From the human T2T-CHM13v2.0 reference genome, Homo sapiens: a stretch of 64,000 bases of DNA. Below, in pieces: positions 1 through 12,262 of this stretch; the stretch's first letter is position 1; every line of letters starts with the position of its first letter. The notes under the pieces were generated by a model, which was not told the origin of the DNA, made no database searches, and saw nothing but the letters and a program-made list of their open reading frames with translations. Location: the NCBI RefSeq assembly GCF_009914755.1, contig NC_060925.1, one strand, 5' to 3'. The position numbers were made by a program, and so were the translations under genes.

Positions 1-483
1 TGACTAGAAATTATCTTACTAGCATTTCAGGACTGCAGACAAGTTCTGTAAGTTGCTTGTCAGTTTTACAATGCCTTGTCAAATTCTTTTTGAGCCCAAC
101 CTTCCCTTGTCTCTCTAGTTAATTAACTAATATGTAACTGCTAACATCCGTTGCTCATGGTAAATTTACTGAGGAAAAGAAATGGCAGGATCTCCCTTTG
201 TCCAGGTGAAAACATCCCAATGAAGAGGCCGTGGTGCAGAAGAGACCTATGTCATCCTTTTCTTGTGGTAGTGGCTGAAATCATTCCATACTATAAAGCT
301 TAGGAATTTCTATAGGTTGTCATATCTTTGTCTAACTACTGATTTCCTAAACAGTAAGTTCCTGGAACTCTAATACATTAAAAAGATTGCTTACAACATT
401 AAAAAATGACACTTCATGACAAAGAGGATAAGGTCTATATAAAGGAGGAATAAATGGTGATACAAAAAGAATAATTTGAGGAT

Positions 484-1470
484 TGTATTGGTTTCCTGTT
501 GCTGCTATATCAACTTACCACAACTACGGTGATTAAAACAACACAATTTTATTATCTTAAAGTTGTGTTAGAAGTCCAGTATGGGTTTGATCAAAATAAA
601 TCAAGATGTCAGCAGGCTATTCTTTTTTTGGAGGGTTTAAGGAAGAATCACGTTTCTGCTCATTTGGATTGCTGGCAGAATTAAGCTGTTTGCAGTTATA
701 GACCAACTACTTCCTTCCCTTGCTGGCTGCAAACTGAGGTTCATTCCCACTGCTACGGTTTGGATGTAGTTTGTTTCTCCCCTCACCCCAAATCTCAGGT
801 TGAAATCTGATCCTCAATGTGGTGATGTTGGGAGGGGGCACCTAGGGGATTTGTTTCTATCATGGGAGAAGTTCCCCCAGGATTGGCTTGGTGCAGTTTT
901 CAGCAATAGTGAGTTTTCACTCTTGAAAGACTGGATTAGTTCTCAGGGGAATGGATTCGTTCCCTCGAGAGTAGGTTCTTATGAAGCCAGGCTGCCCCTC
1001 GGGTTTGATCCCTCTCTGCACATGCCCACTTCTTTGGTCTTCACCATATTTTGACCCAGCACAAAACCCTCACCAGAAGCCAAGCATATGCCAGCAGGCT
1101 TCTTATACCACCGGCAGAACTGTGAGTAAAATAAACCTTTTTCTGTATAAACTACCCAGCCTCAGGTATTCCTTTATAGCAACACAAAACGGACTAAGAC
1201 ACCCACCTTCCAGAATACACTACATTTCCTGGGTCATGACCATCTACTTCATACTCAAAGCCAGCAGCAGAGTCAGGTCCTTCTTAGGTCACATCTCTCT
1301 GATCTACTCTTCTGCCTCTTCTACTTTTAAGGACTCGCGTGATTAGATTGGCTCTACCTGGATAATCTCCCCCATCTCAACGTCCTGAACTATATTTAGT
1401 TCCTTTTTTCCCACAGTTCCTGGAGATTAGGGCATGAACACCTTTGGAGGGTTATTTCTCTGCCTACCAA
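484..1470 (-). mobile_element. MLT1 (D/E-like) MaLR solo LTR, split by a nested MST LTR
   Basis: Begins tgtattggtttcctgttgctgctat and ends ...tctctgcctaccaa, matching reversed MLT1 termini; continuous across 751-1201. Confidence 0.8.
751..1201 (+). mobile_element. MSTB-type MaLR solo LTR
   Basis: TG...CA termini (tgctacggtttggatg...aacggactaagaca), AATAAA near the 3' end, perfect 5-bp TSD CCCAC at 746-750 and 1202-1206. Confidence 0.9.
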
Positions 1471-1501
1471 AGGAAACAATGCCTTCCTGAGAAAAATATG
1501 C

Positions 1502-1532
<31 letters not shown>

Positions 1533-1544
1533 TATATATATATA
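1502..1544. repeat. (TA)n microsatellite
   Basis: About 21 TA units with one interruption. Confidence 0.95.
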
Positions 1545-1562
1545 CACATATGTATAAAATCT

Positions 1563-1680
1563 GGGGCAATTGAACTTATCTGAATCTCAGTTTTCTCATC
1601 TAAGAAAATGAATATAAGACATATTCCATGTATCTGTTATAAAAATTAAATGAGGTAATGTATATAAGTAACACTTAACC
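1563..1680 (+). mobile_element. MIR fragment
   Basis: Core tctgaatctcagttttctcatctaagaaaatg...attaaatgaggtaatgtatataa. Confidence 0.75.
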
Positions 1681-1964
1681 TTCAAAACCTCTAAACATGT
1701 TATAAATGCAAAACCTCTTAGTTATTACCATACTTCTACCAATAGAAATTTATTATTCTTGTTTCATTTTATATGGAACTTTTTATATTAGTAATAGTCA
1801 CTAACCATGAGGAATAGTTCTAGACAGCTGTAAACATTTAAAAAAATGTGGTAATCTAAGTTAAAATGAGTTGAACAGACAAAGCTACAACATTTATTTC
1901 AACTTTTTTCAGCCATAATGCCAGAATATTTGCACCTTCTTTATAAATAGCTGGATTTTAAAAC

Positions 1965-4900
1965 ATATACTTTGTGTAGAATCTTTGCTTCTATAATCAT
2001 GAGAGATATTGTGTAATTTTCTTCACTTCCTTCTTAGTCTTAGTCTTTACTTGTTTTTTTTATGGGGCAGAGTGTCAAGTTTTGGTATTAGAATTTATCC
2101 TTGTCTCATAAAATAAGGTGGAAAGTGTTCATCTCCTCTCAATTTTCTCAAAGCAAGTATGTAAGATTAAAATACATTTTTTTCTTAAATGTTTGATGGA
2201 ATTTACTAAATTTGGTCCCAGGTATTTTTGGGCGGAGAGAAATGTTTTATTATAAAATCTATTAATTGAATTAGGGCTACCAGATCTTCCACTTCTTCAA
2301 GTGTCAGTTTGGGTATAGGTTTATTGTTTTTTTAAACAATTTCCCTATGCCATATAAATTATATTTACTGGCATTAAGTCATTCATAATATTCACTTGTT
2401 TGTAATATATGTAAGATCTATACTAATATTTATGGTTTGCTTCCTAATGTGAAAGACTCTTGCTAGGGGTTTTATTTTATTAATGTTTTAACAGAACCAA
2501 CTTTGGCTTTGTTAATCTCTGTAGTTTTTCTGTTACATATATTTTTCCTCTTGTTTTTATTTTTATTTTTTCTTCTACTGACTATGTATTTAATTTGCTC
2601 TTCAAGTTTCTTAAGGTGGAAACCTAGATCTTAATTTTTATACCCTTCCTGTTTTTTTTCTTTCTTTTTTTTTACTAGACCACCATTTTGTGCAATAAAA
2701 TTCTCTCTAACCACTGTTTAAGCTGCATCTCACAAATTTTTGATCTGCTGTACTTTCACTATAATTCAAGTATAAATATTTTTCTAATTTGCCTTGTGAT
2801 TTCTCTAACATGTAGGTTATTGTGTTTACTACATATTTATCACACACTGGTTATTGTGTGCTTATTTTCAAATATTTGTTTTTGTTTTGTTTTTATCTAT
2901 GTTACTAGTGTCAATTATTAATTCAAACCCCTTGCCGGCAAAGGACATATCTGTAAGGTATCAAGCTTTTTGAAATTTATTTAGGCTCATATTATGAGTC
3001 TAACACAGAGTTTATCTGGGATAATATTCCCTGTGCATTTGAAAAGATGTGTTTGGTAGATCATTTTGTAATTTTTCAATTCAGTCGAATTAATGATGTT
3101 TAAGTTTTATATATTGTCATTGATATGGTCTACTTTTTTCTATGAATTAATGAGTAAGCAGAATTAGAATCTATACCTAAATTGTGAATTTTTCTACTTC
3201 TGTTCTATGAGTTTGCTTCATGTATTTTGAAGCTCTAAATGAAGTTCATATATGTTTAGGATTGTTATGTACTAGTAATAATTGGTCACTTAAAAATTAC
3301 AAAACGGAAATACTCTTTATTTTGAAGTTACTTTTTCAAGCCATGTGAAGATTTTTTTGTTCAGATTTCTTATGCTTAACCTCTGCACTGTGTAACATTT
3401 TTATCCGTTTTCTTCATCTTCCTGATACTTTTCATTTAATGTGTCTCTTGTTGCCAATATGTAGTCTGTTTTTACTTTTTAACCCAGTCAGATAATCTCT
3501 GACTTTTAATTGGAATGTTTAGCTCATTTAAATGTTATCTCATCATTGATATATATGGGATTGGATCTAACATCTTACTATTTATTTTCTATTTGTTTCC
3601 TCATTTTGTTGTTGTTTTCTTTTCCTCCTTTCCTACCTTATTTAGATTAAGTAAATCTATCTTCTATACAACTGTCTGCTAGCATATCCATCCCTTCTGC
3701 AGTCTTTAATCTGTTGCCATGACCATCCAATATTTTTTTATTTTTAATATTTTACATTTTATTTGCTGAATTTCAACTTAATTACTTTTCATAGTTTAAA
3801 TTTTGTCTTAGGTCTTTTTTAACCTTTGTGTTTTTCAAAAAATTTATATGAGCTTTTTTAAAGTTTTTGTCTGCTATTTCCAACATTTTAGATAACTTAT
3901 CAGTTTTTATTGATATTTTATCAACAAACAAAATATTGATAATAAGTCATGAAAATTTCCTTATATCACTAATTTTTTTTTGTATGTGAGCATGGAGGAA
4001 GACATAGGAGTCTAAATTATGTGGTCTTCCCTTATAGAGTATTGAATCATTTTTCTGGAAGTGAATTAAATCACTGTTGTATCCTCTTGATTTTTTTTCT
4101 GATCAGCTTGATCCTTTAAGGCTGGTATATCTCAGAATTGTCTTAGTATGAGGACAAGACCTTTCTTAGTAGTAGGACAAGACATAGTGTTTATACCAGA
4201 AACACGAACTTTCTTTGGTATCTCTTCTACGGCTGAGCCAGAAATCCAAAGTCATCCAAACCTATCAAAACTCTCCTATCTCCATTAACCTCAGTCCCAT
4301 AGCATCTGTCTTCTTCTAGACTTCACAAAATTTGCCCTGCTCATGTGCAGCTTAGCCCTCAGTCAAGGCTCTGCAGGAAAACTGCATGGAGGCTTCTGGG
4401 TCCCCTTATAAAGCAGATTCACTCTGCACTGGTTACCAATTAAGCCCCCTATGTCTTGGGCTACAATTTTGATTACTTGCACAAATCCACTATGATAGAA
4501 CACTGATACAACTAGTTAAGCAAAGCAACTTTAGTACTTGCAAATAGGCACCAAGGGATAATAGAAGCCTAGTATTCATAATGAGCTTCCCCCTCAACAC
4601 TCAGGAAAGCTGCTAAGAGTGAATTAAATTTTGTCTATGATGTTCCAATTGCATGGCAGCCGAGGGATCCCAGAAAGCAGCCTGTCCTGGTTTTTATGTC
4701 CGAGGGAATACAGGTATCCCTGGGCTAAAGTGTCAAAGAAGATCCTATTTTGGGGTGGCAAAGGAACACAGCAAGGTTATTCTGGTCAATTTCTCTTATC
4801 TCAGGATGTTGCATTGTCAGCACATTGTACATTTATTTTTGAGAAACACAAGTGACAAAAAAGAGAGAACAAGTTAGTACAAGGTCACTCAAACTGTCCC

Positions 4901-5220
4901 ACACCCTTCTGCATGTTTCCTTTTTTCAGTAGCCTGACCCACAAATTCCAAATACATCATAATGCCCAAACTCTTATCTCTGCCTCCTCAATTCAGCAAG
5001 ACTTCTTACTATGGTTAGCCTCCATCTTCATGCGTACCAGTCTTAAAAATGCCCCCAGGTAGAAAGCCAGAGCAAACCTAGCACTCACTTCATGTGTTTT
5101 TCTTCTCATCTGTTGCCAGTTGTATTCTGCTTGGAAACTACTGCCTCAATATTTTTTCTAGTTTTATAGTTATTTGTGGTAGGAGGACAAGCCTGGTTCC
5201 CATTACTTTGTAATGACCCT
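1965..5220 (-). mobile_element. Highly decayed old L1M (L1ME/MD-like) fragments, antisense
   Basis: T-rich tracts matching reversed L1 ORF2 and upstream sequence (e.g. tcatgagagatattg, tttggtattagaatt, aaccaacttttggctttgttaat, cttcatgtattttgaagctct). Boundaries approximate. Confidence 0.7.
4407..4903 (-). mobile_element. LTR47-like ERVL solo LTR
   Basis: Reverse complement begins tgtgggacagtt, contains gcagctttcctgag and ctaggcttct, and ends ggtaaccagtgcagagtgaatctgctttata. Near-TSD CCCCT/CCCTT. Confidence 0.7.
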
Positions 5221-5319
5221 CCTCTTCTTAATAGTTTAGTAGTAATATGTTCTTTTATTTAAGGTAGTGCTCTATAGATTAAATATCAAATCAAGGGCTT
5301 TGTCCACTTCTAAAATTGC

Positions 5320-5390
5320 TGGTCTCTGGTACCTAGACCAGTGTCTGGAACACAGCATGTGATCAATATTGTTTCAATGAATTAATGAGT
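5320..5390 (+). mobile_element. L2 3'-end fragment
   Basis: tacctagaccagtgtctggaacacagcatgtgatcaatattgtttcaatgaattaatga. Confidence 0.6.
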
Positions 5391-6049
5391 TATTCAGTGG
5401 GGAGTTCAGGATGCAAACAAAAATATTTAATAAAATAGTTGAACAAAGTAAGGAATACATTATATGTTTCAATAACTCATAGTGATATCCAACAGAGAGC
5501 AGTGTACCTCCAGAAATGTTTGTGAGCTTGTCCAAAGTCATATAGACTGGCATTTACCACAAACTCTAGCTTCACACGTTCTCAAAATTGATGCTGTCAT
5601 CTTGTTAGCATGCCAGGAAGGACCCAACTCTCAGTAGAAGGCTCACATTGGCAAAACTCATGGGGTTAAATACCAAACTAATAATACAGATTCAGAAATA
5701 AAACTGTCACTGATAGCCATTTCTCTACCTTTTCATATGACCAAAGAAGCATCCAAAATGTATTAAAAATTTTGCTTGCCAAGCATGAAACTAGAATATT
5801 AATTAAATGTTTAATGTCATCAAGCTAAGAATTAACTTTTTAAATAAATTAGTATATTTTTAACTACATATTTTTGTCCATATTCACAATAGGACACAAT
5901 TTTGTGGATTTTTTTTTTGCTTTTTTATGTTACCAGCTCTGATTGTCCATATCTCTTGTAAATATGATAGGTCTGATATTTCATTTAGTACACAAAATAT
6001 TTCCTAGAAGTGTTTCATGTTTTTTTAATATAATTCTGTATTTTTATAA

Positions 6050-7960
6050 TTAATTCAATTATTTGTTGATAATTTATTTTAGTATTATTAAATAATTATT
6101 GAGTTATTTCTCATGTTGGGTACTGGAAATTTGGTGACAAGTTAGACAAGGGTCTTCGTCTTATATATGTTACAGTGTAGCCTGGAAAACAAAAGTTAGC
6201 AGGCAACTGCAGTACAATATTTTAAGTTTACCCGGCACAGTAGAAGGCCATATATGAAGGACACCCAACTCGTTCTTTAGAGATTGGTGAAGTCTTTCCG
6301 GACAAGATGAAGTGTAATTTCAACCTCAATGAATATAGGCTGTATGGGTTAGATTAATAAAATTGCTTTATGGATTTAGAATAGGAAGGGAAAAGTATTC
6401 TCAACAGGAGCTAAAACTAAGAGATTCAGGAACATGGCACACGAATGGAACTATACGTGTTTCTCTGTGAGTGGAGCTTAAATCAGTGTAAAAACATAGT
6501 AGGAAGAGATGAACGCTATTGGGAAATTTTAAACGGTGAAGAATCATAATAAAATTTGTACTGCAGCAAGATATTACTGATGAGAATGTGGATAATAGTC
6601 TTGGAGGATGGAGAAAGAGACAAGGAAAACCTAAATTCAGGGTCACCAGTTAGGAGGTTTTTATAATAATTTGTGTGAGAGATAGTTCCGGTCTAAATAA
6701 AAGTAATTACAGATGGCACAAAAATAAAAAGACAGATGTAGGATATATGAAAGGGGAATTTTTTTTTAAGATTTGATTATCAGCTATGTGTGAGATAAGA
6801 GGAAAATCAAATATCCCTGAGAATAAATGCCAGGTTTCCCGTTTATATCCCTGAGTGGATAGCGTCATTAAATGGGAAATGTATGCAGGGAAGGTTTTGG
6901 GTAAAGATGATAAATGTACCATTCATATGACTAATTCAGTGGTCAATTCAATGATGTTTTTCACATGTTGGTTGGTATGAACTTGGAGCTCAGGAAAAAG
7001 GCTTGAGATAAGTTCTAAGAATCATCTGCATATTGATCGTATTTGGGTGTTGAAGTAATTTTTCAGGAAATGAGTTTAAGGGAAAGATGAAGAAGGATAA
7101 ACTGAGAAGGATTTGGGGATGCAATAGTCAGAGGTGTAATAGGAAACTCTGGAGTTTAGCTGCCATTGAGGAGAATTACAGGCAATTCTCTACCGTGCCT
7201 GCTGTTGTGGAGAGATGAAATAACATATGGATGGAAAAAAAATGTTCACTAACTATAACATTAAGTCAATTTGGCAAAAATAATTTAAGTAAAGTGTTGA
7301 ATGGAAACCACATTTTTGTGTGTTGGAAAGTAAATGAGATAGAGGGGATTAAGAGACTAAGTGTAGAAAACTTAATCAAAGATTTTATATCTGTAAGGAG
7401 AAAAGATATGTCAGTAGCTACAGGAATATTTGAAGTTATGATTTTAAAAATAATTTCTTGTAAGAAGATTAAAATATTTTAATGATATCAACATGTAAAG
7501 AAACTTTGTTTTTCAGAATTGTTTCTAATGCCTCATTTTGTCTACAGGTATTAACAATATGCATAAAGTACAGTTGAAGTTCAGAAAAAAGGAGTTCAGG
7601 AAAAATGTCAAGAGAGAAGATGGGCAAATAGGGAAGATAAAGGAAAGAAGAAGGAAAAGGAGAAAGCAAAGGACAGAATTTTAGCAAATAGCACATTTAA
7701 TGGGGAAGAGAGGGAGTTAAACCTAAACAGACAACACACAAACAAACAATCACACAGTATGAACTAGGAGATATGCCATCCTACAATCCTATGTGGAAGA
7801 GTATTTGAAAAAGGAGGGGGTCAGTATTATCAGATGCTGCCAAGTGGGAAGTCCAGATGGGACTCATGATATTTCCTTATGCAATAACTTACATAAGGAG
7901 AGCAGAAAGAGAAATGGGCTATAACTAGAGAGTGAGAGTGAATCTAAAGAAAGATTGCTA
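6050..7960 (-). mobile_element. L2 LINE, antisense, fragmented
   Basis: Purine-rich + strand with L2 motifs (accagttaggaggt, tgggaaatgtatgcagggaagg, tggagctcaggaaaaagg, tcagatgctgccaag). Boundaries approximate. Confidence 0.7.
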
Positions 7961-8061
7961 AAACTCATTTAAATCCAACTCAAATGTGATTTATTCTGAG
8001 AAAGTTTATCTGAAAAATCCATTAGGAACATATTTCCCTTCCCTCAACATTTCTATAGTGC

Positions 8062-8682
8062 AACTACCATACACCCAAGCAATTTCACTCCTTGGAATTT
8101 ATTCCAGATAAATAAAGACTTGTGAACATTTTATAAAACTATACACAAATGTTTATAGCAGATTTATTTGTAATAACTGAAAAAAAAAGAAATAACCCAT
8201 GTTTCCTTCAATGGCAGAATGGTTAAACAAATGATAGTATATTCATATCATGGAATATAATACAGCAACAAAGAGAAACAAACCATTGATACATTCATCA
8301 ACCTGAATAAATCTCCAGAGAATCAGGCTGTGTGGAAAATAGAAACATCTAAAACAACATATACTACATGATTTAATTTATATAACATTCTTGAATTGAC
8401 AAAATTATAGCAATGGAGACCAGATTAGTGGTTCCCTGGAGTTAAAAAAAATTACATGTGGGGAGATGTAAATGTGGCTGTAAAAGGGCAACATGTGTTA
8501 CACTTGTAACTTTCTGTATCTTGATTATATTAATTAATGTCACTATCCTAGCTGTGATATTTCACTGTAGTTTTCCAAGTTGTTACACTGGCGAAAACTG
8601 GATAAAGAGTACACGGGGTCTCTCCTAGGAACTTCCTACGAGTTCATGTAAATCTATAATTTTCTCAAAATAAAAAAGTTTA
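8062..8682 (+). mobile_element. L1MC/MD-type 3' end
   Basis: ccatacacccaagcaatttcactccttggaatttat...gtaaatctataattttctcaaaataaaaaagtt. Confidence 0.8.
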
Positions 8683-8879
8683 ACTTTTACAAGGCTTAAA
8701 AATAAGTAGAGTTAAAAAAGATAGTTGAAAGAGCGTTTTTGAAGTCACATTGTCTAGTTTTGAAGTCACATTGTCTTAAGGTTGAATCCAAAGTCTGCCA
8801 CTTTTTTAGTTATGTAAATGTCATCTTAGTGAGCCTTAAATAAAAATTATCAAGATCACCATCATCATCACAACCACCA

Positions 8880-9097
8880 TTACTAAAACCCTTATGGAGT
8901 TTTTAATATGTCCCAGTTACTGTTCCAAACACTTGGTGTATTTTAACACATTTAATTCTCTCAACAGCCCTACCAGGTAGGGATCATTATTATCTTAATT
9001 TTAAATATTGAAAAACTAAGACACAGAAAGAAAAGGTAATATGCTCAGGGCCACATAGTAACTAAATGAACACTAATTTGAGCCCAGACAGTCTTCC
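8880..9097 (-). mobile_element. MIR
   Basis: catttaattctctcaacagccct...gaaaaactaagacacaga...tttgagcccagacagtct. Confidence 0.8.
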
Positions 9098-9937
9098 ACA
9101 AGACTTAATACCTGCCCCTAACATTTATGGGGCAAGACAAAAAGTGAAAAAGAGGTCCCATGCTGTATGTCTAAATGCTTAGGAGCTATAGAAACTAATA
9201 ACTTTAAAATATATATGCTAGCCTTCTGCTTTGACAAATATACTTTGTAAGCCACTTGGAAGATTATGTTTGAATTTAAAATTTTCAGACACTTAACGTT
9301 TCCACTCTATAAACATGACCTACCACCTTTTTCTCTTCCCCCATGGTTTGGTTTCACACTGTGAGCAGCTCTTTGCACATTTGAGTACACACTCCAGCCT
9401 GCAAATTGAAGCCTTGTTCATACTCGGGCCTATGGGTATAAATACCAGTGAGTCAGTGTGTTTTTGGTAGATGGACTTGGAGAAAAGGCTGTGTAAATGC
9501 TGGAAGCATAGAGCTTTTAGTAAGGGAACCTCAAGATCCTGAATACCAAAGGCATGGTGTAGAAGTAGGATCCGTTCCAACTGTAATGGCTTCTTGACTC
9601 TGTGGAATCACCCCTCACACTCTGCGAGGGGAACGGATAAAAGAGACATAAAGTGAGGTCCACCGTAGGGGGTCCCTCTTACTCTTAGGCCTAAAGTCAA
9701 ACTTAAGCCTGAGTGAGATACTGGCCTTATTTCAGTGGGAATAATACTTTCCTTTTATAGTTGTGAAAACGACATGAGGGTCTCTCAGGTATATTGTGCA
9801 AGATGTGTGCTGCGGTGCTGCATTAGAGGGAAGATGTAGGTTTTCTGTTAATATTTGCAATTATGTTTTATTATCAATCAGTAAATGTTTCCAACATTAA
9901 TACCATTTTATAGTTATATTATTTATTTTCTTGATAG

Positions 9938-10104
9938 ATGGACTAGAGGCTTTTACCAGATTTCTTAAAACTGAATTCAGTGAAGAAAATATTGAATTTT
10001 GGATAGCCTGTGAAGATTTCAAGAAAAGCAAGGGACCTCAACAAATTCACCTTAAAGCAAAAGCAATATATGAGAAATTTATACAGACTGATGCCCCAAA
10101 AGAG
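9938..10104 (+). CDS. RGS18: RGS18 internal coding exon (penultimate exon, 167 bp), N-terminal part of the RGS domain
   Basis: Acceptor tttattttcttgatAG ends at 9937 and donor GAG|gtacag starts at 10105. Translates (D)[55 protein letters not shown], with the RGS hallmark FLxxEFSEENxEFW. Joins in phase 0 to the next exon. Confidence 0.98.
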
Positions 10105-10189
10105 GTACAGTAAAGATAACTGTAAAAATGCATAATTGCTTTCAAAATTTTTTAATAATTTTATTTTTAAATTGTGAATTATATTTTTC

Positions 10190-11150
10190 CAACTTATTTT
10201 TATTAATTTCATTTATAATTGACATGTAATAATTACACATGTTAATGACATACAGTGTGATGTTTTAATATATGTATGCATTGTATAATGATAAAATCAG
10301 AGTTAGCATATTCATCAAATTAAACATTTATCATTTCTTTGTGGTGATAATATTCAATATGTTCTTTTCTAGCAATCTTGAAATATACCATGTATTATTA
10401 TTCACTATAATCACCTATTAGGTAATATAATACCAGAACTTATTCTTCCTATCTATCTCTGTACCTGTTGATCCATCCTTTCTCCATCCTCCCATCCTTC
10501 CTACCTTACCTAGCCCTTGGTAACCACTATTCTGCTCTCTACTTCTATGTGAGCAACTTTATTAGATTCCACATACAAGTCAGATCATGTAGTATTTATT
10601 TTTGTGTGCCTGGCTTATTTCACTTAACATAATGTCCTCCAGGTTCATTCACATTGCCACAGATGACTGAGTTTCTTTGTTTTTTAATAACTCAATAGTG
10701 TTCCATATGTACCACATTTTCTTTATACATTCATCCTTTGATGGACATTTAGGATGAGTCCATCTCTTGGATACTGTGAATAATGCTGCAATAAACATGG
10801 GAGTGTAGATATCTCTTTAACATGCTGATTTCAATTCCTTTAGATATATACCTAGACGTAGAATGGCTGGATCGTATGATAGTTTTATTTTTAATTTTTG
10901 AGGAACCCTTATACTATTTTCTATAATGGCTGCACTACCTTACATGCCCACCAACAATGCATGAGTTTCCCTTTCTCCACATCCTCACCAACATTTGTTA
11001 TTTTTTGTCTTTTTCATTAAAAGCCATTCTAACCGAAGTGAGTTGGTATCTCATTATGGTTTCTACGTGCATATCCCTGATGGGTAATGATGTTGAACAT
11101 TTTGTCCAAAATGGCACTTTATGTCTTTTTTTGAGAAATGTCTATTCAGA
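10190..11150 (-). mobile_element. L1MA-type 3' end, antisense, in the last RGS18 intron
   Basis: tagattccacatacaagtcagatcatg, tgtgcctggcttatttcacttaacataatgtcctccaggttcat, ends ttgagaaatgtctattcaga. Confidence 0.9.
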
Positions 11151-12262
11151 GCTAAATTTTTTAGATAATCTGTCTTTATCAAATTTGTACCCTCATACAT
11201 TCTACCAGAATGTTCATGATGTTGCTGGAGGGAAGATAATTATTTATGAATATTTATCCATACAAATGGAAGACATTGTAAGATACTATCACAGAAGGAA
11301 AAGTACAATTAGAGTCACTTTTCAGAGCTATTTTCATTCTAGACTAAGAGTGAATATGATAAATTGCAACATTTAGATTCATTCACTTATTCATATTAAT
11401 CACTTTCGCACAAGCAACCTCTCATAGAAACTAAAGATTTTTATAAGTGATGAAGTCAAGGGACATCAAGAAGTTTGCATCATATACCAATTTAATTTTG
11501 GCTCATCTATTTATACGGAGTTTTGTTTGCTTTAGGGATACTTTAAAGACAGGTTAAAAGAAAAATCTTACAATAGAGAGATGAGGTAAATCTAACTAGG
11601 CAAGTTTTCAAGTGGAAAACAATTGAGATTTTCTTTTACTCCATACTCAATGTGAAGTAATTGTGTGATACAATTGCTAAAATGGGTATAAGACTAGCAA
11701 ATATGACTTGACTGCCCTAAAATATTAATTAAGTAGAGCTTCAAAGTTTCTAATGTGTGTTTTATAAATAGTGCTTCTCCCAAAACCAACGTTTTACATA
11801 GTTTTTTTTATAAAAAGGCAGCTAGTTGTATTGTGTTATGGACAAGGGGAAAGAAAGCCCCTACCTGAAAACCCAACCACCATCAGAACCAGATATATAT
11901 GCAGTGCTATGATACAAGGCATTAAAGAATTTTATATCTTTAAAAGACATTCATACTACAGCATATGTTTGCTTGGAGGAAATCATCATAACATAATGAA
12001 ATGAGCACTGGAATAAAGAGAAGCCCCACATTAAAATCTCAAATATGCCCCAGCTCATTTTTTCCCATGACTCAAATAATTTAACCTCTGTGAGGTTTAG
12101 TTACCTATTTTGAAAATGAGTTATGCTTTAATTATTTCTATGATCTTAGCAGTTCAATATTGCATTATTCTAAATTCATAGAGAGTAAGAAGGACCAGGA
12201 ATTCCAGGAGAGAAGAAACAGATGAAATGCTAGTCAAGAATAGAGGAAAAAACCCAAGCATC

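Noticed and set aside
9606-9636. IRE-like CAGAGU loop hairpin on the - strand
   Set aside because: Needs an extra 3' bulge, the would-be bulged C can pair, and the lower stem is weak.
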